Of a stretch of DNA of 25,722 nt, positions 18,509-25,648 are shown piece by piece (positions within the stretch are counted from its first letter, which is position 1; each line of letters opens with the position of its first letter). The translations under genes and the position numbers were made by a program. A model generated the notes under the pieces. That model saw nothing but the letters and a program-made list of their open reading frames with translations. It was not told where the DNA came from and searched no databases. This DNA comes from a virus. Its lineage: Duplodnaviria > Caudoviricetes. The stretch spans positions 1-25,722 of the IMG/VR virus record IMGVR_UViG_3300005764_000076, one strand, 5' to 3'.

Positions 18509-18751
18509 TTACTTCCGCTCGATAACTATGTCTAGTACTGGGCCATCAACGTACCAGTAACCGTGATACCCAGAATCCGGGCTGTACCACCGGTTCTCCC
18601 CGGACTCATCATCCACTATGATATGAGCCGGGTTGTCGAGCCCGTCAATCGTCAGGGCAATATACTTCCGAATAGCCCGGACAGTAACGGTATCGGCATC
18701 ATCCGGCTCCCTGTCATCAGGGCCTAGATCGTAATGCATAAGGTCAATCAT
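18509..18751 (-). CDS. hypothetical protein (80 aa)
   Basis: Fills the gap; AAGGCGAGGCA upstream. Confidence 0.6.
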   Translation of the reverse strand: MIDLMHYDLGPDDREPDDADTVTVRAIRKYIALTIDGLDNPAHIIVDDESGENRWYSPDSGYHGYWYVDGPVLDIVIERK

Positions 18752-18771
18752 TGCCTCGCCTTCCTACCCCA

Positions 18772-18801
18772 AGTATACCCGCTCTGTGCGTCTCCGGTCT
18801 A
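18772..18801 (-). promoter_or_regulatory. putative promoter
   Basis: TAGACC-18 bp-TATACT. Confidence 0.55.
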
Positions 18802-19026
18802 CCGGAGCCGCGACATGACTTCCCGCTCGACTACGGCCGCATCCACATCCTCCGGGATGGCCATCGACGCCTGGAAAATCCAGCCGAAACCACCACCACC
18901 GTGAACCCACACCACGACCTCTCGCGGCCTATCCGCGAACCCCTGAACCTCTACTTTGTACTTATCCGTCTTCATCAACTGTACAGATCGCTTGCCCGCA
19001 GGCCTAGCCTTCCTCTTTGCCCCCAT
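18799..19026 (-). CDS. hypothetical protein (start may be internal MKTDK)
   Basis: ORF in operon orientation. Confidence 0.5.
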   Translation of the reverse strand: MGAKRKARPAGKRSVQLMKTDKYKVEVQGFADRPREVVVWVHGGGGFGWIFQASMAIPEDVDAAVVEREVMSRLR

Positions 19027-19029
19027 GCG

Positions 19030-19059
19030 GAGGCCGGAGGCCCATTCGCCTCCGGCCTC
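19030..19059. terminator. intergenic hairpin
   Basis: GAGGCCGGAGGC-6 nt-GCCTCCGGCCTC, perfect 12-bp stem just after the 19069 stop. Confidence 0.55.
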
Positions 19060-19068
19060 GCCTAACTG

Positions 19069-19497
19069 CTACCAACCGGCCCATTCGATAGCCGGAGTCG
19101 TGTCTTCGGTAATCCCGTACTTGCCCGGCTCCGCGAGACGGTACCGGTAGTTAGCAAGCTCGTACGCAAGCTTCCGCTCCGTAAGCTTTCTGGTCTTCAG
19201 GAGCGTCCGGGAGACGGAGCCTCCAAGAAACCGCGTAGTCGCGCTGAAGCCTGCCTGCGGCCGTACGGAAGTCCATCCGGCCCACAGCGAATCTCCGAAA
19301 GCCCCAAGCCATCCGTCACGGACTGAGACATAAGCCATCAGCCGCTCCGGGAGCATTACGCTGCCGTCGCTGTAGAGATCGGCCGGTAGCCGCTCGATAC
19401 GAATCTCAGCCATCAGGCCGTACTTCCGCGCCTCTCGCGCGTACGCCTCCGCACGCACGATCGCGAGCGGCTTCTCATCGTCGCGCTTACGTCCCAT
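19069..19497 (-). CDS. hypothetical protein (142 aa)
   Basis: Has its own promoter repeat and start motif. Confidence 0.7.
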   Translation of the reverse strand: MGRKRDDEKPLAIVRAEAYAREARKYGLMAEIRIERLPADLYSDGSVMLPERLMAYVSVRDGWLGAFGDSLWAGWTSVRPQAGFSATTRFLGGSVSRTLLKTRKLTERKLAYELANYRYRLAEPGKYGITEDTTPAIEWAGW

Positions 19498-19513
19498 TGT
19501 CGCCTCCGTCGCC

Positions 19514-19536
19514 TTGCCTACGGCAAGTCTACTCCA
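19514..19536 (-). promoter_or_regulatory. 23-bp promoter repeat, copy 1
   Basis: TGGAGTAGACTTGCCGTAGGCAA on the minus strand, identical to 20980-21002; contains -10 TAGACT, with TTTGCG upstream. Confidence 0.75.
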
Positions 19537-19559
19537 CGCCTGCCCAACCGCAAAACGTT

Positions 19560-20012
19560 TTAGGCAGTAACTTCAAAAATCTCGTACCGGAACGGAGGGA
19601 ACATCGGCCGGAACTGCCGGCCGTTCATAACCGACCATAGGTGGGCCTTCCGGCTCTTCTGCCCTCCGACATAAAACACGCGGCCGGAGGAACGGGAGGC
19701 CCGGAGCGCATCCTCAAGCTTAAACCGGTAGCTCATCCGGGTAACCGCGTAGCCGTACGACTCGAATACGGCCTTGGTAATGTCGCGCCTCGTGCCATGA
19801 CCGGGCCGGAACCCGGCCGCGAGGAAGGCCGTAGAGGCTTCCTCGTACGTCGCGCCGGTGATCTCCATGAACGTCTGCACGGCGCAATCGCTCTTGTACC
19901 AGACAGCTCCGGCCTCATCGCGCCGGAGCTTAGAGGAAGCTAGGCAGTCGCCGCAGTACGCGAGGTAATGCGCCTTGCACTGCTCTCCGGCCTCCCATGC
20001 CTCGATAGTCAC
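19560..20012 (-). CDS. hypothetical protein, possible papain/C39-like fold
   Basis: GTG start overlapping the upstream TGA; DCAVQTFMEITGATYEEA..GT..HLWSVMNG supplies a candidate Cys/His pair. Confidence 0.6.
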   Translation of the reverse strand: MTIEAWEAGEQCKAHYLAYCGDCLASSKLRRDEAGAVWYKSDCAVQTFMEITGATYEEASTAFLAAGFRPGHGTRRDITKAVFESYGYAVTRMSYRFKLEDALRASRSSGRVFYVGGQKSRKAHLWSVMNGRQFRPMFPPFRYEIFEVTA

Positions 20013-20227
20013 GGAAGGCTCCGGTAGATCCGGATGACCTTCCGGAGGATGGAGCGTCCGGGCTCCCGGCACGCTTCCCACTCCGGAGCGGAATCGTCCG
20101 ACACCAGGAAGTCAAGAATCTGCGCCGCCTCGACCGGGCCGACCGTACCGTTACCGGTCCCACGAGCGGCTGCATTCACGATAATCGTGATCAGTTCCTC
20201 GCGGAGTACCGCCTTGCTCATCGCCAT
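20009..20227 (-). CDS. hypothetical protein (72 aa)
   Basis: Preceded by the promoter repeat and GAAAGGCGAGACG. Confidence 0.6.
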   Translation of the reverse strand: MAMSKAVLREELITIIVNAAARGTGNGTVGPVEAAQILDFLVSDDSAPEWEACREPGRSILRKVIRIYRSLP

Positions 20228-20242
20228 CGTCTCGCCTTTCGT

Positions 20243-20265
20243 TCGCCTAGGGCAAGTCTACGCCA
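20243..20265 (-). promoter_or_regulatory. 23-bp promoter repeat, degenerate copy (20/23)
   Basis: TGGCGTAGACTTGCCCTAGGCGA. Confidence 0.65.
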
Positions 20266-20274
20266 TGCCACCCA

Positions 20275-20318
20275 GAAAACAAAATGGAAGGCTCCCTGGA
20301 TGTGACAGGGAGCCTTCC
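20275..20318 (-). terminator. intrinsic terminator
   Basis: 13-bp perfect stem GGAAGGCTCCCTG/CAGGGAGCCTTCC followed by ATTTTGTTTTC on the minus strand. Confidence 0.8.
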
Positions 20319-20410
20319 TCCGAGACTTAGGACGGGCTTGCCCTTGGGAAGCACACCCGCCCTGCCATGGTTGTGCTACCGTCTAGGCCCCACCCCCTTC
20401 CCGCTCCGCT
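20280..20410 (-). ncRNA. candidate small RNA (about 130 nt)
   Basis: TAGGAT -10 at 20415-20420, no SD-led ORF, ends at a strong terminator. Confidence 0.3.
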
Positions 20411-20427
20411 AGCTATCCTACCGAAAG

Positions 20428-20459
20428 CCGGAGGCCCCAGGTTTCCCCAGGGCCTCCGG
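20428..20459. terminator. hairpin after 20474..20959
   Basis: CCGGAGGCCC-12 nt-GGGCCTCCGG followed by CTTTC on the minus strand. Confidence 0.5.
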
Positions 20460-20473
20460 ACGCCTCGCGCCTA

Positions 20474-20959
20474 CTAGTCGCGCATCCCGAACATGACCGC
20501 TACCCGCTCCGACTGCTGAACCATCATCGCGTGAAGCTCCGGCTCCGCGTACATCGAGTCATTGAGCTGATTCTCGATACCGGCCCACAGGGCGGCACGA
20601 GCCCTCGCGCGGAGAGCGTAACTCTTCCCACGGCTCATCTTCGGAGCGGGCTCCGGAGCCGTCTCCGGGCCTCCGTCCGGGAGAGCATCGCAGCACGGCT
20701 GGAAGTTCATCTCAGCCATCACGTCCATCGAGCCCTCGCCGTGCTCTGCCTCGTACTCTTCCAGGATTCCGTTGTCCCAGTAGTCGTACGCGAACGCATA
20801 CCGAGTCGGCCAATCCGTCTGCCCGAACTCAACCTGGTCATGCCGGCGTACCGTCGTGCCCTTGTAGCCCTTCCGGAGCCGCTCACGCCCGGCATCCGCG
20901 CATCCCCACTTGTGGATCTCGACTTCGCCATCGCTCGTGTTGAACGCTACCAGTTTCAT
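20474..20959 (-). CDS. hypothetical protein (161 aa)
   Basis: Has its own promoter repeat and start motif; EIHKWGCAD..FQPC. Confidence 0.75.
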   Translation of the reverse strand: MKLVAFNTSDGEVEIHKWGCADAGRERLRKGYKGTTVRRHDQVEFGQTDWPTRYAFAYDYWDNGILEEYEAEHGEGSMDVMAEMNFQPCCDALPDGGPETAPEPAPKMSRGKSYALRARARAALWAGIENQLNDSMYAEPELHAMMVQQSERVAVMFGMRD

Positions 20960-20979
20960 GTCCGCCTCGCCTTTTTCGA

Positions 20980-21002
20980 TTGCCTACGGCAAGTCTACTC
21001 CA
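20980..21002 (-). promoter_or_regulatory. 23-bp promoter repeat, copy 2
   Basis: Identical to 19514-19536. Confidence 0.75.
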
Positions 21003-21027
21003 GGATGGCAGGATCGCAAAATCTTTC

Positions 21028-21417
21028 TCAGGCTGGAGTCTCCGGCTCCGTCTCCGGCGATGGCTCCGGAGGCTTCCGGACCACGAGGCTGGAGCCGTCC
21101 GGGCTGAACGCTAGCTCTACCCCGGAGCCCGCAAGCCAGTCAGCATCCTTCGCCATCTCATCCCGGTCGGACTCCCCAAGCACGGGCATCGGCTGCGTTC
21201 CGGCCGCAAGCTTCCGTCGCCTCCGGTACCAGCGAATAGAGCTAGCGATGAACGCGAGGGAGAAGATCACGGCCGCCAGGAGCCCGATTGCGAGCAGCAT
21301 CGTCAGGAGAGTGTCGATGATAATGCGCCGGTAAACATAGACAATGGCGCAGATACCAACAACGAGGATTAGCACCGATAGCGCCGGTGACATCTGAATC
21401 CTATCATACTTCCTCAT
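21028..21417 (-). CDS. membrane protein with two predicted TM segments; last gene of the FtsK operon
   Basis: Two long hydrophobic stretches, then RRRRK; AGGAG SD overlapping the FtsK 3' end. Confidence 0.75.
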   Translation of the reverse strand: MRKYDRIQMSPALSVLILVVGICAIVYVYRRIIIDTLLTMLLAIGLLAAVIFSLAFIASSIRWYRRRRKLAAGTQPMPVLGESDRDEMAKDADWLAGSGVELAFSPDGSSLVVRKPPEPSPETEPETPA

Positions 21418-21419
21418 GC

Positions 21420-23081
21420 TTATCTCCTGTTCTCAAGAGCGTACTCGCGGAGCCAGTCTTCATCGTCATAGAAACCCTGGACCCAGGTCCGCTTATTTCC
21501 ACGGCACATAAGGATCTTACCCGGTCCCTCTATACATTCAGCCGCAGGATTACCGACCGTCCGGGCAAACTGCCCCGGAAGGAACCCGGCTGCCCCGAAT
21601 ACCGCAAAAGCCATCTTTAGGCTCTCGCCTCCCATTGCCTGATCCCGGAGGTCCTGGAACATCCATTCCCCGAAGATCCGCGCCTGCCTACCCTGCCGGA
21701 GTAGCGGGCCAACGCATTCACCCCATATGGAGGGAGAGGCCGATGTCTCGCCCAGGACATTCTTCCAGTAGCTCTTATAGCACGCACCGAGATCGTTTCC
21801 CTCATCGACCAGAAGCCAGATATCGTGAAAGTCACGTTCTGACATACGGCCCTCCCGGATAGCCGCATACCGGTCCCGCATAATGCCGGCAAGCGTATGA
21901 GGCACCCTCCAGATTGCCTCCATATCCGACTGCGGGTTATCGAATACATAGACTCGCGGAATCCCCTTTAGATGGGTAAAGGAAACCTGCTTGGTATCGA
22001 CGCAGTACAGCTCAGCCTCCGGATCGTTATGGCAGATCTGCGCAGCCTTAACGAGGAAGCCCATTGACTTCCCAGTACCGGAATTCGCGAACCGGCAGTG
22101 CCACGGAGCGTCACCGTTGTGATTACTCACGTACATCGTCCGGTCGGCTACCACACCAACGCCAAACTCGCGCGGAGCGAGAGCCCGCATAGCCGGTACA
22201 TAATCGCGGAACCGTACCCTATCCGGCAGGGAATGCTCGACTATGGGGACCCATGTCAACGTCCGTGGCGTTACAGTAGTGGCCCAGGAGAACCGGACCT
22301 TGCCGATTGTATGGGCCTCGATTAGCTCCTGGACCGGTTCCCGCTCTTTAGCAAGGGCAGCGAATGAATCCGGGAGGATAAGCGAGCCTTTCTCCGGCGA
22401 GAGCCGGAGCCGCGAGGAAATCTCAGCCTTGGAGCAGCTCATCCGCGAGGCTAGCAGGCCGGCCAGGACGTCATGCGGTACGCCTTCCAGCTGCGGAGTC
22501 TTCTCCTGAGTCAGGACTGGAGTCGCGCCAGCAGTAAGCTCATCCGCGCTGAATACCGTTTTTGCCCGCGCGGTCATAGCCATGGCCGGCCTATGGACCG
22601 GGCTGAGCTTCCGGATCTTCTCCCGCTTCCGGTAGACCGCGAGCGAAATCCGCGCCAGGATCAGGAGCACGATAAATATTGTAACGGCCCTGACGGTGGC
22701 GGCCGGATCAATAGCCATACAGCTAAGCAGGACCAGGATCACGAACACGATCAGGTTATTCCGGACGGCCCGGTAACCCCGCGAGCGGGGCGTGAAGTAG
22801 ACAATCGTGCCCTCTGCCGTCGCGCGGCTACTCCCTCCGGCCGTACGCCGGATGCTCTTCTCATCCCCAAAGCTCTTCTCAGGATGGATATGCGCGCCGG
22901 TATGGAAGCGCAGAAGTACCTTGTGGATCTTGCCGGGCCGTCCGGGATGGCGCCAGCCTAGGTACTCCTGCGCATAGCCGTTGATAAGGTACCCCATCGC
23001 CAGGAAGACGTAGAGCCCGAACCAGAACGCGAACGGCACCCACCATTCGACGTGGAGATGCCGCAAGACGATATCGGTCAT
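21420..23081 (-). CDS. membrane-anchored FtsK/SpoIIIE (TraB-like) ATPase
   Basis: About three N-terminal TM segments; Walker A ANSGTGKS, VDTK, M..RY, Walker B LLVDE, LLRQGRQARI..MFQ; no C-terminal winged helix. Confidence 0.8.
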   Translation of the reverse strand: MTDIVLRHLHVEWWVPFAFWFGLYVFLAMGYLINGYAQEYLGWRHPGRPGKIHKVLLRFHTGAHIHPEKSFGDEKSIRRTAGGSSRATAEGTIVYFTPRSRGYRAVRNNLIVFVILVLLSCMAIDPAATVRAVTIFIVLLILARISLAVYRKREKIRKLSPVHRPAMAMTARAKTVFSADELTAGATPVLTQEKTPQLEGVPHDVLAGLLASRMSCSKAEISSRLRLSPEKGSLILPDSFAALAKEREPVQELIEAHTIGKVRFSWATTVTPRTLTWVPIVEHSLPDRVRFRDYVPAMRALAPREFGVGVVADRTMYVSNHNGDAPWHCRFANSGTGKSMGFLVKAAQICHNDPEAELYCVDTKQVSFTHLKGIPRVYVFDNPQSDMEAIWRVPHTLAGIMRDRYAAIREGRMSERDFHDIWLLVDEGNDLGACYKSYWKNVLGETSASPSIWGECVGPLLRQGRQARIFGEWMFQDLRDQAMGGESLKMAFAVFGAAGFLPGQFARTVGNPAAECIEGPGKILMCRGNKRTWVQGFYDDEDWLREYALENRR

Positions 23082-23938
23082 CAGGCCTCCCGTTCCTCCG
23101 GGAAGACATCATAGTATGCGTCCTGGATGTCCTGGTGAATCCTGCCATGGAGCCCTACCCGGTGGGCGTACTCCGGACGGGCTCTGGCCCATGCCCGCAT
23201 ACGGGCCTTTGGAGAGTGTGTCTGGGCCCATGCCGTGCCTCCGGAACCGGAGGCCGTACGCCGCTCACGGTGCTCCCTGAGGACGCTCTCAGGCTCCACT
23301 ACGGCCGGATCTGCGGCTGGCTCCTGAACGGGCTCCGGGACTATCCGCTCGCGGGTGTTCCTGACCCGGTCGGCCTCGCGCCGGAAGTCACCGACCACAG
23401 TATGCGCAGCAGCCATAAGGGCATCCCTCCGCGCCACGACAATATCCCGGAGCCTCCCCAGAGTCGAGAGCGGGAACAGGAGCCAGGCCATCATGCCAAA
23501 GCTGGGCAGTGGCGAGGGATAGACGGAGCCAGCACGAGCAAGGGCCTTCCGCTTCTCCCAGCGAATGTGGATCTCGTACACGACCATCGCGCCGATTGGG
23601 AGAGCTGCCCACATCACCCAGGAGCCCGGTAGCTCGTGATCGATACGGGCATGGAACGTCTGAAGAAAAGCTGCGGTGAACGCGAATAGCCGGACAACGA
23701 ATTTCGGGAAGCTGCCCGATAGCCCGGCCTGAGCGTAATCGACGGACTTACGCGCAGCGAATAGCGCCACGCCATCGAAACATGTACTGAACGCGATAGC
23801 GATGAACCATGGCGCGCCAAGATACCGGCCGATGTAGTAAAGAGAGTATGCCGAGACGCCTAGAATCGGCACTAGCACCACGAGCCATAGAAAACCTCCC
23901 ACGATAGCCGCGAGGGCTCGCCTTACCGTATCGAGCAT
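23081..23938 (-). CDS. DUF2637-like multi-TM protein with C-terminal Lsr2-like DNA-binding domain
   Basis: Four TM segments with S..SL..A..FDG pattern, then P.FG..AWLLFP..T; tail MRAWARARPEYAHRVGLHGRIHQDIQDAY resembles Lsr2 IRxWA..GRI..AY. Confidence 0.72.
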   Translation of the reverse strand: MLDTVRRALAAIVGGFLWLVVLVPILGVSAYSLYYIGRYLGAPWFIAIAFSTCFDGVALFAARKSVDYAQAGLSGSFPKFVVRLFAFTAAFLQTFHARIDHELPGSWVMWAALPIGAMVVYEIHIRWEKRKALARAGSVYPSPLPSFGMMAWLLFPLSTLGRLRDIVVARRDALMAAAHTVVGDFRREADRVRNTRERIVPEPVQEPAADPAVVEPESVLREHRERRTASGSGGTAWAQTHSPKARMRAWARARPEYAHRVGLHGRIHQDIQDAYYDVFPEEREA

Positions 23939-24070
23939 ATCACTTCCTTTCGCTCATATCGGCCCACTCTATCGAGGATAAGACATCGATAGCGATAGCG
24001 CTATCATCTTCCGCGCTATCGCGGCCACCTAGCGCTTTCGCGCAGGTAGTCACCGATTGTGGCCTGAAAA

Positions 24071-24130
24071 GGAAATTTTCGCGGAAACTTCTATGGAAAT
24101 TTTCGCGGAAATTCTCGCGGAAATTTCTAC
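24071..24130. repeat. five tandem 12-bp direct repeats, consensus GGAAATTTTCGC
   Basis: GGAAATTTTCGC, GGAAACTTCTAT, GGAAATTTTCGC, GGAAATTCTCGC, GGAAATTTCTAC. Confidence 0.9.
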
Positions 24131-24624
24131 AACTTCCCTGCATCCCGGAGGAAGCCGTCAATCACGGCCGGCAGCTCGAATACCAGAGCCCAGTCCTCAT
24201 TCGTGAGCAGCGGCCAGAATGCCGGATTGGCGGCTAGCTCGCCCAGGGCTACAGAGGCCGCCATAACAAGACCATGCGCAGAATGGTCCTCCGGCTCCCG
24301 CCTCCGGTGCTTCCCTGTAGGCCCGTCGCCTCCGCTCTCCGGATCTCCCCGGACCTCGACGGAGTTGTATATCTCATTGAAGTTGGGCAGGCCTCCGTCC
24401 GCATCAATCCCGCCAAGCTTCCGGCCTACCAGGTCCCAGCAGTTGTACATGTACCGGACATGAGTATGACTCTTGCCGATCTCCTGCCCCAGCTGACGCC
24501 TCGACTTTCCCTCATTGACTTCCTCCCAGATAAGCTGCGCAGCTATCCAGCGATGGTGGCTCGTGGTCGAGTCATTCCGCTCCGCTATCGCCTCATGCTT
24601 CCTGATTTCCGCTATCCGGTCCAT
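24127..24624 (-). CDS. HTH DNA-binding protein
   Basis: GGAGG SD before ATG 24624; KSRRQLGQEIGKSHTHVRYM is HTH-like. Confidence 0.7.
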   Translation of the reverse strand: MDRIAEIRKHEAIAERNDSTTSHHRWIAAQLIWEEVNEGKSRRQLGQEIGKSHTHVRYMYNCWDLVGRKLGGIDADGGLPNFNEIYNSVEVRGDPESGGDGPTGKHRRREPEDHSAHGLVMAASVALGELAANPAFWPLLTNEDWALVFELPAVIDGFLRDAGKL

Positions 24625-24650
24625 TGTTCCCTCCAGAAACTTTCGTTTCC

Positions 24651-24662
24651 GGTAGGATACCC
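24651..24662. promoter_or_regulatory. candidate bidirectional promoter with overlapping -10 hexamers
   Basis: Plus-strand TAGGAT 24653-24658 (6 nt before ATG 24665) overlaps minus-strand TATCCT 24659-24654. Confidence 0.5.
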
Positions 24663-24664
24663 TC

Positions 24665-25201
24665 ATGACGATTAAAGCGATAGAGACGAAATATGGAGGC
24701 TACCGGTTCCGCTCGCGGCTGGAAGCCCGATGGGCTGTGTTCCTTGATAATGAGGGAATTGAATGGAATTACGAGCCACAGGGCATTGAAGTCGATTCTC
24801 CACGAGGCCGTATCCGGTACCTCCCGGACTTCTGGCTAGGCACCGGCCAGTGGGCTGAGGTCAAGGGATTCCTTGACCTGGACGGGATGCGCCGCCTCCA
24901 TGCCCTCGCCTGCGGTATGACGGTCTGCGGCTCCGGTAGCGATATCGTCATACTCGGCGGCATACCTAGGCCACGGAGTATCCTATGGCCAGTCCAGCTC
25001 CACTACCACGAGCGGCTCTGGGGCCTGCCATGGCGGCCGGAGCCCGGATGCCCGATGGGGAGGCCGCGCGTAGCGGTAGACGCGACATTTGAGATGGCAG
25101 ACCACCTCGTGGCCGGCTTCCCGTTCGGAATCCCAGACTGGGCCATAGACGGCCTTGAGAGAGCCCGTATGGCCCGTTTCGAGTGGGGAGAGTCCGGATG
25201 A
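24665..25201 (+). CDS. PD-(D/E)XK endonuclease-like phage protein
   Basis: FRSRLEARWAVFLD..W.YEP..YLPDFWL..WAEVKG; the only convincing plus-strand gene. Confidence 0.8.
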   Translation: MTIKAIETKYGGYRFRSRLEARWAVFLDNEGIEWNYEPQGIEVDSPRGRIRYLPDFWLGTGQWAEVKGFLDLDGMRRLHALACGMTVCGSGSDIVILGGIPRPRSILWPVQLHYHERLWGLPWRPEPGCPMGRPRVAVDATFEMADHLVAGFPFGIPDWAIDGLERARMARFEWGESG

Positions 25202-25205
25202 CCGT

Positions 25206-25234
25206 GAGCCCGGTAGGACAAGCCTACCGGGCTC
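25206..25234. terminator. hairpin between convergent genes
   Basis: GAGCCCGGTAGG-5 nt-CCTACCGGGCTC, perfect 12-bp stem. Confidence 0.65.
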
Positions 25235-25276
25235 TACAGCCTCCGGCGATGGACCTTGGCCCAGCCGGAAGTCTCT

Positions 25277-25408
25277 CTACACCAAGGCCAGGGCCTGGAA
25301 CCGGAGGAAGATCCGGAGTAGGTGCTGGAAGAGATGGGGCGCATCGCCATCGCAGTGGAACGCGAGCGCGAGAGCCTGAAGAATGAAGTCCCAGACGTAC
25401 TCGATCAT
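25277..25408 (-). CDS. small hydrophobic protein (43 aa)
   Basis: MIEYVWDFILQALALAFH...; preceded by three AAGGC units. Confidence 0.5.
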   Translation of the reverse strand: MIEYVWDFILQALALAFHCDGDAPHLFQHLLRIFLRFQALALV

Positions 25409-25589
25409 TGCTTCGCCTTTCGTCGCCTTGCCTTTGCCGGAGGCTAGCCCGGAGCCTTGCCGTTGATCCGGTCCTTGCCGGTTCGGCCGCTCCGGGCCTA
25501 GTCTCCGCTGGGGATTGCTCCGGGGCTTCCCGCTACCCTGTCCGGGCCCATTCGTCCCGGTCGGTTCGAGCCTCATCCCAAACACAACA

Positions 25590-25619
25590 AGTATACCCCG
25601 GAAGACAGACCGCAGTCTA
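25590..25619 (-). promoter_or_regulatory. putative promoter
   Basis: TAGACT-18 bp-TATACT, GGGG before the -10. Confidence 0.6.
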
Positions 25620-25648
25620 CCCTTCCGGGGCATCTTGTTATCCGGCCG

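Noticed and set aside
19560-20227. Programmed frameshift joining 20009..20227 to 19560..20081
   Set aside because: A GTGA start/stop overlap at 20009-20012 explains the arrangement, and no slippery site is seen
20320-20410. tRNA
   Set aside because: No cloverleaf, T-loop GTTC or CCA end recognised; no tRNA seen anywhere in the window
24071-24130. CRISPR array, given the Cas4-like gene
   Set aside because: Repeats are 12 bp, contiguous and spacer-less; the Cas4-like gene is a stand-alone phage recombination nuclease
23940-24161. 73-aa ORF with RENF repeats
   Set aside because: It is simply the translation of the 12-bp array and operator region, with no SD
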